From positions 1 to 43,807 of the IMG/VR virus record IMGVR_UViG_3300049141_000046: a stretch of 43,807 bases of DNA. One strand, given 5' to 3'. The notes beneath the pieces were generated by a model. It had not been told where the DNA came from, searched no databases, and saw only the letters and a list, made by a program, of their open reading frames with translations. Positions 17,419 to 25,142 of this stretch are shown one piece after another. The DNA comes from a virus (taxonomy: Duplodnaviria > Caudoviricetes). The position numbers and the translations under genes are program-made. How positions within the stretch are numbered: position 1 is the stretch's first letter; every line of letters starts with the position of its first letter.

Positions 17419-17661
17419 ATGCAGCAGACCGCTCGTAGAGGACGCCCCCGCCCGGCCGAAACCATCGAACGCGACGAGACCATCCACCAGCTGCTCACCG
17501 AGGGCGCCTGCTCCCGTGGCCAACTCGCGCAGGAGACCGGCCTCACCACCGACCTCGTCGCCCTCGCCCTCGGCCGGCTCCGCCGCGCAGGCCGCGTACG
17601 CCAGTGCCTCCAAGACGGCGTCATCGTGTGGTCCATCGCCGACGGCACCCCCTGCCCCTGA
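17419..17661 (+). CDS. small winged-HTH DNA-binding protein
   Basis: RGRPRP hook, then SRGQLAQETGLTTDLV..LGRLRRAGRV. Confidence 0.75.
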   Translation: MQQTARRGRPRPAETIERDETIHQLLTEGACSRGQLAQETGLTTDLVALALGRLRRAGRVRQCLQDGVIVWSIADGTPCP

Positions 17662-17672
17662 AGACGGCCACC

Positions 17673-18077
17673 GTGGACATCGAACGGAAGATCCTCACCG
17701 CCATCAGCGCCGAAGGCACCGAGTGGCAGGACACCGCGCCCTGCGCATCCACCGACTTCGAATTCATCCCCGACATCGAGACCGACGAGGGCGTCAACGC
17801 AGCCCAGCAGTGGTGCCGTACCTGCCCCGTGCGCACACAGTGCCTGGAGTGGGCAATGCTCCACAGCGCCGAGGGGTACTGGGGCGGAACCACCACCTAC
17901 CAGCGCAACCAGCTGCGCCGCGTCCGCACCCGCGCGAAGTGTCCCATCTGCCAGGCGACCGAGCTGGTCTACACGGACCCGCATGAGCTGTGCTTGTGCT
18001 GCGGCTCCTCGTGGACCCGGGACGTACGGGAGGAGCCGATCGCTGCTACGCCGCTACCGGCTGCGGGCGCGGCATAG
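17673..18077 (+). CDS. whiB: WhiB-like protein with C-terminal zinc ribbon
   Basis: W...APC, WCRTCPVRTQCL and GYWGG, then CPIC..CLCC; start uncertain. Confidence 0.8.
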   Translation: MDIERKILTAISAEGTEWQDTAPCASTDFEFIPDIETDEGVNAAQQWCRTCPVRTQCLEWAMLHSAEGYWGGTTTYQRNQLRRVRTRAKCPICQATELVYTDPHELCLCCGSSWTRDVREEPIAATPLPAAGAA

Positions 18078-19095
18078 CCCGGTCGATCTCCACCGCCCGG
18101 CTCCAAGCCTCGGCCCACTTCCAGGCGTGGTCCCGTAGCCGAAGCTGCTCGGCCACCGCCCGGCCTGCCTCCGACAACTCCGCCCGCAGGGCAGGCGACT
18201 CGTGCAGCCGACGCAGCTCCCGGTACCAGACCCGCCCCCGCTCGGCGAGCACGCCCGCGCCCATCTCGTGCAACCTGCGGTACTCGGCCCGCGGCGACGC
18301 CACCCACGGCACGCCCACCGCGCTCATCTCCAGCGGCTTCAGCCACGACTTCGCCGCATTGAAGCGGGTGTCCGCCAACGGTGCGATCCCCACCCCGATC
18401 CCGGCCACCGCCGCCGGCCACTCCTCGATCGGCACCCCACCACCCGGCGGATCCGCGGCGAGACCGAACGCCCGGCCCGCGCCCGTGCTGTCGCCGCGCA
18501 TCACGAACGAGGCGCCCTCGTCGACGAGCCGGGCCACCGCTCCGCCCACCACCTCCGGGTCGTTCGGGTGGGAGTGGAAGGAGCCCGGCCAGCCGACCAC
18601 GTCGGAGTCCTCGCGCGGCACTCCGTAGTACATGTCCGGCAGGTAGTTCGGCAGGACGTGGCCGCGGCCGTGCTTGGCGTACACGTCGAGGAGCGCCGGC
18701 GTCGACACCGTGACCAGCGACGCGTTCCGGCAGGCGAGAGCGAGGTTGTGCCACGAGTGCAGCCCGGCGCCCGGCCGGTGCACGGCCCATGCCGGATTCG
18801 ACGGATGGATGGACGACAGATCGTCGTCCACGTCCACCACCACGGTGATGCCCTTCGCCCGCATCACGCCGATGGCCTGCGCCATGTAGGCGTGCGTGAC
18901 CCGCTGGAGGACGACGACGTCCGCATCGACGAGGACATCGCTCACGGTGTCGCCGTCCATGACGACGCGCACGCGCCGGTCACGGGCGCCGACCACTTCG
19001 ACGTCGTGCCCCGCCGCCGCGAGGTGCTGGCCGGGGAAGATCATCCGAAACGAGCCGCACCCGAAGGAGTCGGAGGGGTAGACGGCGACCTTCAC
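18046..19095 (-). CDS. glycosyltransferase (GT-B-like)
   Basis: VVLQR, VDVDDD, VTVST..L, VGW.GS, GIAPL..FN.AKS.LK.LE. Confidence 0.85.
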   Translation of the reverse strand: MKVAVYPSDSFGCGSFRMIFPGQHLAAAGHDVEVVGARDRRVRVVMDGDTVSDVLVDADVVVLQRVTHAYMAQAIGVMRAKGITVVVDVDDDLSSIHPSNPAWAVHRPGAGLHSWHNLALACRNASLVTVSTPALLDVYAKHGRGHVLPNYLPDMYYGVPREDSDVVGWPGSFHSHPNDPEVVGGAVARLVDEGASFVMRGDSTGAGRAFGLAADPPGGGVPIEEWPAAVAGIGVGIAPLADTRFNAAKSWLKPLEMSAVGVPWVASPRAEYRRLHEMGAGVLAERGRVWYRELRRLHESPALRAELSEAGRAVAEQLRLRDHAWKWAEAWSRAVEIDRAMPRPQPVAA

Positions 19096-19298
19096 CCGGA
19101 GGTCCCCGGTGCGGTCTTGCGGGCTGCTCGCTTCGCAGCAGTGGGCGCCTGTTCCAGCTCCTCGACGCGGGCGGTGAGGTCGGCGAGCTGCTGTTCCAGC
19201 TCGGCCACCCGGTCCGGCCCGGCGGTAGCGGAAGGGGCCCCGGCGGCGGCGAGTTCCTCGCGGGCGAGGTGGCGGATGCGTGCGTCGAGGGCGCTCAC
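19092..19298 (-). CDS. small coiled-coil protein
   Basis: GTGA-coupled; RVAELEQQLADLTARVEELEQ. Confidence 0.7.
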   Translation of the reverse strand: MSALDARIRHLAREELAAAGAPSATAGPDRVAELEQQLADLTARVEELEQAPTAAKRAARKTAPGTSG

Positions 19299-19645
19299 GC
19301 GGCGGTCGCCTCCTTCGGAGAGACCTGGGCGCGGGTCAGCAGGGTGAGAACGGCCAGCACGAAGCCGTTGACCGCAGCGACCGTCCCCGCCGACACGTCG
19401 AAGTGGTAGGCCGCCAGCAGGTCGGCCGTCACGGTGACCAGCGTGGTGAATACCGCGGGAGCGATGGGGCGCGTCAGCACCGCAGTCGCGGCACCGAACA
19501 GGGCGGTGATCACGGCCACCCAGGCGGCGGCTTCATCCGCTTCGAGGCCTACGCCGAGGGAGACGACGAGGGAGAGGGCGCCAGAGATGACGCTGATCCA
19601 CAGCGCGGGCTCTCGGCCGAAGGGTGCGATCTTCATGGTGGTCAT
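19295..19645 (-). CDS. holin
   Basis: FGREPAL, four hydrophobic segments, TRAQVSP; directly after the endolysin. Confidence 0.8.
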   Translation of the reverse strand: MTTMKIAPFGREPALWISVISGALSLVVSLGVGLEADEAAAWVAVITALFGAATAVLTRPIAPAVFTTLVTVTADLLAAYHFDVSAGTVAAVNGFVLAVLTLLTRAQVSPKEATAA

Positions 19646-20511
19646 GCCTCCGGGTGGTCGGTGGTGATGTGGACGTCGATCGACTCGATCGCCTGCTTCA
19701 ACTCGGTGACGATCGCAGCCGGGTCGAGGTCGCCGAGTCCGGCCGCGAGCTGGGCGACGGTGTCGACGAGCTTGGCGTTCGCCTCGGTCAGCGCGGCCAC
19801 CTTCGCCTCGGTGCGGCGGGCGACGATCTCGATGTTGCGTGCGCTGGTGGCCAGGGAGATGTGGGTGTTGGTGCTCCCTTCGACCGGGTTAGTGATGACG
19901 CCGTCCAGCGTCAGGACCTTCCGGGCGATCAGCTCAGCGTCATCGTTTGTGACGGTCATGCTGTCCTCCTGAGGGGGTGGGGTGGTTCCGTTCGCGCGGG
20001 CGACGATGCCCGGGAACACGACCTCTCGGAACTGGCGAACGCGGGCGTCGCCGGGGCAAGCGGTGCCGGATGTCGACCACTCGCGGTGCAGCCGGTGGTA
20101 GCCGAACCCGGGGTCGGACGCGGTGCGGCAGATCCTCAGTGGAATGCCGTGCGTCTTGTGGAGCCACACGCCGAGCTGGATGAGCTGCTCGATCTGTTCC
20201 GGCGTCCACGGGTCGGAAGCCTTGGTGTTGGAGGCCGTCTCGATGGACACGGCGCCGGTGCCGTCCGCGCGCCGGTTCGCTCCTGCGTTGGCGTCGGCCC
20301 TGGTCTGCGTGCCGATGAACTGGCCGAGAGAGCCGTCGTAGGCGAGCCCGAAGTGACTCTCCAGCGAGGTAGACTTCCAGTACTCGAAGAGTCGCTGCAC
20401 GCTCCACGGAGCCACGACGCTGTGCACGATGAACTGCGTTGGCCGGATAGCGGGTTGCTGGTCGCTTTCGGGTTGAAGTTCCAGCTTCTGCGCGAACGGG
20501 CACCAAGCCAT
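19642..20511 (-). CDS. endolysin, N-acetylmuramoyl-L-alanine amidase
   Basis: IVHS, SHF, SIET, GYHR and TACPG zinc-amidase motifs. Confidence 0.9.
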   Translation of the reverse strand: MAWCPFAQKLELQPESDQQPAIRPTQFIVHSVVAPWSVQRLFEYWKSTSLESHFGLAYDGSLGQFIGTQTRADANAGANRRADGTGAVSIETASNTKASDPWTPEQIEQLIQLGVWLHKTHGIPLRICRTASDPGFGYHRLHREWSTSGTACPGDARVRQFREVVFPGIVARANGTTPPPQEDSMTVTNDDAELIARKVLTLDGVITNPVEGSTNTHISLATSARNIEIVARRTEAKVAALTEANAKLVDTVAQLAAGLGDLDPAAIVTELKQAIESIDVHITTDHPEA

Positions 20512-20549
20512 CAGGGTGCCTCCTTCCTCTCCCCCGAAGGGGCACTCCC

Positions 20550-21236
20550 ATGGACGAGCTCACTTGCACCGTCGACGGATGCGGCCGCCCGGTACGCGTT
20601 CGCTCCCGACGCCTCTGCGCCATGCACTACACGCGGTGGCAACGCCACGGAGACACAGGCCCCGCCACCGCATTCCGCCATCACGCCAGCACTGCGACAG
20701 AGGACCGGCGATGCGGGTTTCCGGGGTGCACGCGGCGGTACATCAGCAAGGGGCTGTGCGCGAGCCACAATTGGCAGCGAAGCGTGGGGCGCGAACTGAC
20801 TCCGCTGCTGGACCGACGGGAAGCCAAACCGGCCGACCGGAACGAGCGGGGCGAGAAGCAGTGCCGCACCTGCCTCCTCTGGCTCGCCCCGGACAGGTTC
20901 AGCCGCCTCGCCAGCGCCAAGGACGGCTTGCAGGGACACTGCCGGGACTGCGGGCGGGACGCGCAGCGCAAGAGCATGTATCGGCTGCCTCGCGGGCGTT
21001 ACGCGGAAATGCTGACGGGCCAGGGAGGGGTCTGCGCTATCTGCAACCAGCCCGAGGCCGACGGGCGCGCCCTGGCAGTCGACCATGACCATGCGTGCTG
21101 CCCGGAAGACGTCTGCGGGGAATGCGTCCGCGGCTTGCTCTGTACCGCGTGCAACCAAGGCCTCGGGAAGTTCCGGGACGATCCGGAACTCCTGCGCGCG
21201 GCGCTCGCGTACCTGGAGCGGCACACCTCCCAGTAG
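20550..21236 (+). CDS. endonuclease VII-family homing endonuclease
   Basis: Tandem C..C..C..H zinc modules, CAIC, LAVDHDH, VRGLLC..CN.GLG; antisense to its neighbours. Confidence 0.9.
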   Translation: MDELTCTVDGCGRPVRVRSRRLCAMHYTRWQRHGDTGPATAFRHHASTATEDRRCGFPGCTRRYISKGLCASHNWQRSVGRELTPLLDRREAKPADRNERGEKQCRTCLLWLAPDRFSRLASAKDGLQGHCRDCGRDAQRKSMYRLPRGRYAEMLTGQGGVCAICNQPEADGRALAVDHDHACCPEDVCGECVRGLLCTACNQGLGKFRDDPELLRAALAYLERHTSQ

Positions 21237-21272
21237 GGCGGCGCCGGGGAACCAAGGCATGGCACACGCTCC

Positions 21273-21803
21273 TTACAGCGGGAAGACGATGATGCGGCGG
21301 GACAGGAACGTGCCCGTACCGGCGCCGACCCGGTATTTCGACGTGAACGTGTTCGATCCCGGCGTCAGGTCCGTGTGCAGCACCACCCCGGACGTGATCA
21401 CGCCAGCGCCCGCCCCGTACACGCCGATCCCCCGGTTGTCTGCCTCCGCGATGGTCGTCGCCCCGGACACCGTGTACGACATGCGCGAGGATGCGGCCCC
21501 GCTGTTCTCCAGTGCCCCATGTACCACAACCAGAGCTGCCGGCCCGGTGGTTGCGGTCACCGTGGGTCCGACGGTGGTGAGGTCGGTGTAGCTGGTGGAG
21601 GTGGTCGTCTCGGAGGTGAGGACGCTCGCGGTCGCGGAGATGCGTTCCGAGATTTCGTTGGTGCCGGAGACGGCGAAGTGCGCGCCGCTGGTGGTGGCTT
21701 TCGCGGGTGCCGTTTCGTTCAAATTGTCGCGGAGGAAAGTGTTGAATTGCGATGCGGTGAAAACTGAATTCGAGACCGCTGTCATGGGAGCTGACCAGGC
21801 CAT
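21273..21803 (-). CDS. minor tail protein (paralog B)
   Basis: MAWSAPMTAV..FN..RDNL N-terminus; Thr/Ser-rich beta C-terminus. Confidence 0.75.
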   Translation of the reverse strand: MAWSAPMTAVSNSVFTASQFNTFLRDNLNETAPAKATTSGAHFAVSGTNEISERISATASVLTSETTTSTSYTDLTTVGPTVTATTGPAALVVVHGALENSGAASSRMSYTVSGATTIAEADNRGIGVYGAGAGVITSGVVLHTDLTPGSNTFTSKYRVGAGTGTFLSRRIIVFPL

Positions 21804-21819
21804 GTGGTGAACCCCCTTC

Positions 21820-22359
21820 TCAGAACGGAATGACGATGATGCGGCGGCTGCTGAAAGAGCCGGTGCCGGAACTGACTCGGTACTTCGCGGTGAACGTATT
21901 CAGGCCCGGTGTGATAGGGGTCATCAGCGTCGCGTCGCTGGCACCCAGGTTGACGTTCGCGACACCGAAGATGCTGACGCCCCGGTTGTCGGCCGGCGCC
22001 TGGCTGTGCGCCCCGGACACCTCGTACGCCATCCGCACTGAGCCGGCGCCGGAGTTCTCCGCTGCGCAGCGGACGATGACGAGCGCGGCCGGCCCGGTCT
22101 CCACCGTGACCGAGGGGCCAACGCTCGTACCGGTCAGGTTCGTGAAGCTGGTCGAGGTGGTGGTGCCCAGGGTCAGGTCGGCGCCCGTGGCGGCCCGGCG
22201 CTCGGCAATCGCGTTGACGCCAGAGCCGACGAAGTAGCCGCCGGCCGAAGTCGCCTTCGCCGGGGCGGTCTCGTTCAAGTTGTCGCGGACGTACTGGTTG
22301 AACTGCGCCGCCGTGAACGTGCTGTTGGCGACCGCCGTCATCGGCGCGGACCAGGCCAT
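21820..22359 (-). CDS. minor tail protein (paralog A)
   Basis: Aligns end to end with 21273-21803. Confidence 0.75.
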   Translation of the reverse strand: MAWSAPMTAVANSTFTAAQFNQYVRDNLNETAPAKATSAGGYFVGSGVNAIAERRAATGADLTLGTTTSTSFTNLTGTSVGPSVTVETGPAALVIVRCAAENSGAGSVRMAYEVSGAHSQAPADNRGVSIFGVANVNLGASDATLMTPITPGLNTFTAKYRVSSGTGSFSSRRIIVIPF

Positions 22360-22360
22360 C

Positions 22361-22702
22361 TCAGGCCCCCTCGTCGCTCATGTAGTGCGCGGTCTCCTCG
22401 CGCAGATCCGCCGGGGTCTGCCCGTGCGGCAGCCGCAGCCGAACAGCCTCGACGTGGCCGTCCGGATACCAGTTGCGGGTGGACGGCACGGGCCGCTCCA
22501 GCAGCACAGCCCAGATCTCGTCCGCGTCGGCCGGCCACTCAAGGGGCGCCACCAGCTGGCAGCCGCCGTCGCCGCTGCAGTGGAAGCTGCCCTGGCGGGG
22601 TTGGAGGCGTACGGCGTTGGCGCAGTAGCGGCGTGGGCAGTCGGCGATCCAGCGCCCGTGGTTGACCCTGGCGCGTGCCGTGTGGGTGAGGAGCTGTGCC
22701 AT
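22361..22702 (-). CDS. Cys-rich tail-region protein
   Basis: RVNHGRWIADCP..C..C..C; ATG 22702 lies 7 nt after the -10 of the repeated motif. Confidence 0.7.
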   Translation of the reverse strand: MAQLLTHTARARVNHGRWIADCPRRYCANAVRLQPRQGSFHCSGDGGCQLVAPLEWPADADEIWAVLLERPVPSTRNWYPDGHVEAVRLRLPHGQTPADLREETAHYMSDEGA

Positions 22703-22708
22703 GGGGTG

Positions 22709-22742
22709 GACGGTAGACACGCCCCCGTCATGATCGTTCCGG
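22709..22742 (-). promoter_or_regulatory. repeated late-promoter-like motif
   Basis: CCGGAACGATC-N15-CTACCGTC. Confidence 0.75.
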
Positions 22743-22744
22743 GG

Positions 22745-23644
22745 TCAGGTGCCGAAGCGGCCCACGTCGAACTGGCCCTGCGTGGGGTGGTCGAAGATGA
22801 ACACCGATTCGGGGTCGTCGGCGGCCGTCGGGTCGAAGACGCCGTCGTCGAAGCCGCGCCCGGCCACGTCGAACGTGAACGGATTGCTGGGCACGATCAG
22901 GCCGGTGCGTTCGCAGCCCAGGGTTGCGTAGTGGACGCGGGTCTCGCAGCCCGTGTCGGCTTCCTCGTCGCTGGGCATGCGGGCGATGGTCTGCTCGATG
23001 CTCTCGACGTGGAAGTTCCCCGACAGGCCGAGCTCCGCGTTCGCGATGCTGATCATGTCGGAGATCGTGCGGGTGAGGATCTGCAGCAGATGGTCACTGT
23101 CCGAGGACACGAGCCGCATGGTGACGGTGGGGCGGCGCTGCGCGTAGTGGGCGAGGAGCAGCAGGGCGATGGCCTGCGCGTCGTTGGCGTTCGCCCACGG
23201 GGCGTCGTTCGGGTTGGAGCGCTGACCGTGGCGTTGGATGCTGACCGAGTCGGCCGCGCTCACCTTGACCGTGCGGGCGGTGGGCACGGGACGGGCGCGG
23301 ACTTGCAGGTGGGTAATGGTGACGGCACCTCCGGCTGCGGTGATGCTGATGGTCGTGGACTGGCCGGAGCGGCGGGAGATCGAGGTGAGGACGGTGCCGG
23401 GTCCGCTGATGATGATGTCGGTGCCGACCACGAGGTCGAGGGCGTCCCGAAACGGATCAGATGCTTTGGCCTGGACTTCGATGCTCTGGCCGAGTGCCAG
23501 CGCCACCGTGTCGTCGCTCTGCCACACCACCTCGTAGGTGTCCTGCGGCCGGCGCTCCTCGACATCGAAGGAGACGTGGTTGATGATGTCGCGCCAGCCG
23601 TGGGAGTAGCCGAACGGGGCGAGGTAGCTGTAGCTGTCGGGCAC
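22745..23644 (-). CDS. minor tail protein, probable C-terminal half of a split gene
   Basis: RDIINHV start and F.FD..GRGFD.G.F end typical of hub-protein C-termini. Confidence 0.75.
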   Translation of the reverse strand: MPDSYSYLAPFGYSHGWRDIINHVSFDVEERRPQDTYEVVWQSDDTVALALGQSIEVQAKASDPFRDALDLVVGTDIIISGPGTVLTSISRRSGQSTTISITAAGGAVTITHLQVRARPVPTARTVKVSAADSVSIQRHGQRSNPNDAPWANANDAQAIALLLLAHYAQRRPTVTMRLVSSDSDHLLQILTRTISDMISIANAELGLSGNFHVESIEQTIARMPSDEEADTGCETRVHYATLGCERTGLIVPSNPFTFDVAGRGFDDGVFDPTAADDPESVFIFDHPTQGQFDVGRFGT

Positions 23645-23650
23645 CGCGGG

Positions 23651-24031
23651 TCAGTCCTTGGGGGCGAGGGTGAGGCGTGCCGGGACGATGTCGAAGGTCA
23701 TGCCGTGCCGGTCGAGGACGGCTTCGATGTCGGCGAGGCAGGCCGTCATGCGGCGCTGCTCGTCCTCGGCGATCAGGGCGCGCGCCGCCGCGATCGGGTC
23801 CGGCTCCGGCTCGCTCTTCTCGCTGAGCACTTCCTTCACGGCGCGGGCGGCAGGCTGCGTCTCCTGCTCGGCTGCCGTCTCGGTGCACCACTTCAGGTGC
23901 TCCACCAGATCGACCACACCGTCCGTGCAGCGCGGGCACGGCACCAGCCCGGGCGCCGGATCCGACTCTCCGGGCGCGTTCTGCCACACGCCGCGCTGCA
24001 TGTCCTCGGCGGGGATGCTGATCTCGCTCAT
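23651..24031 (-). CDS. hypothetical protein
   Basis: AAGGA RBS; CPRC..H..C and a helical C-terminus. Confidence 0.7.
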   Translation of the reverse strand: MSEISIPAEDMQRGVWQNAPGESDPAPGLVPCPRCTDGVVDLVEHLKWCTETAAEQETQPAARAVKEVLSEKSEPEPDPIAAARALIAEDEQRRMTACLADIEAVLDRHGMTFDIVPARLTLAPKD

Positions 24032-24047
24032 GTCCTTGTCCTGTCTG

Positions 24048-25142
24048 TCACGGGCCGACCGCGGCCCACGGTCCGGCGAATCCGGCGGCCGTGTTGCTGC
24101 TGGGCGTGATGCTCGCGGGCAGGCTCGTCTGCGCTGTGCCGTTCGTCGCGAACCGGTACGTGGAACTGGTGAGGCCCGCGTTCACCGCGGTCGCCAGGCC
24201 GCCGCTGCCCGTCGCGCGGGCGACTGTCGGCGCGGTGGCCGCGTTGAAGACCATCGCCACCCACACGAAGCCGCCCGCCGTCAGAGCCTGCCCTGTGATC
24301 GTGGTGGTCTTCAGCCCGGTACTCGTGATCACGGCGTCCACGTTGGTCGTAGCCAGACGCGTACCGGCCGAGCTGTACAGGCCGACGAAATTCTGGCCAG
24401 CTGTAGCCGTCGCCGCGGCCGTCGTCACCCACCAGTACAGCTTCGTGACGGTCACGTCTTCGGGGATGTGGACCTTGGACAGGTAGACGGTCCCGTTGGT
24501 CAGCAGCGACACGTTCTGCGCGAGGGCCGGATCGTACGTCCAGCCGGTGAAGCCGTGGTTCACCGGCAGCTGCTCACCGAACGCGCCGGTAGCCGTATAG
24601 ATGCTGCCCGCCGCGGGGACGGTGACGAGGTTGGCGCCGCCGTTCCGCAGCGTGAGGAGGCGTCCGGTGGTGCCGCCGTCCGTCGACGTGACGAAAATGC
24701 CCTGCGCGGCCGTGCCGGCAGCGGTGCCCCGCTTCAGGTCGATCGACAGCGCGGAGGCGCTGGTGTCGTCGGTAGCCCCGCTGCCGCCGTTGGTGTGCGT
24801 GACCTTCAGCGTCCCGCGCGGGAGGGTCTCGTGGCCGGAGATGTAGACGGCGCTGGTCTCCCGGTTGTCACTGATGAGGTTCAACGCGGCAGCCACGTCG
24901 ACGCCCGTCGTGGACGCCTGGTAGATGGTGACCGCGTGAGCCGTCGCCGAGGTGGTCTTGAAGAACGCCGACCGGCTGGCGAGATTGGTGGTGATCTCAC
25001 CTGTGAGGGCACCACCCGCCTTCGAGTACTTCCCGTCGACCTGCGACTGCATCCCGCTGATCTGGTCCTGCAAGTCCTGCAGTGCAGCGTTCAGCGGCAC
25101 GTCCCAGCGACGCCGACCGAACGCAATCGGGGTGAAGACCAT
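24048..25142 (-). CDS. tail fibre with HylP-like (phage hyaluronidase) domain
   Basis: ALNLISDN..SA..I.G.E..GTLKVTH..ALSIDL..GTAAQGIFV.S..TTGRLL.LRN; start MVFTP at 25142 (TGATG). Confidence 0.8.
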   Translation of the reverse strand: MVFTPIAFGRRRWDVPLNAALQDLQDQISGMQSQVDGKYSKAGGALTGEITTNLASRSAFFKTTSATAHAVTIYQASTTGVDVAAALNLISDNRETSAVYISGHETLPRGTLKVTHTNGGSGATDDTSASALSIDLKRGTAAGTAAQGIFVTSTDGGTTGRLLTLRNGGANLVTVPAAGSIYTATGAFGEQLPVNHGFTGWTYDPALAQNVSLLTNGTVYLSKVHIPEDVTVTKLYWWVTTAAATATAGQNFVGLYSSAGTRLATTNVDAVITSTGLKTTTITGQALTAGGFVWVAMVFNAATAPTVARATGSGGLATAVNAGLTSSTYRFATNGTAQTSLPASITPSSNTAAGFAGPWAAVGP

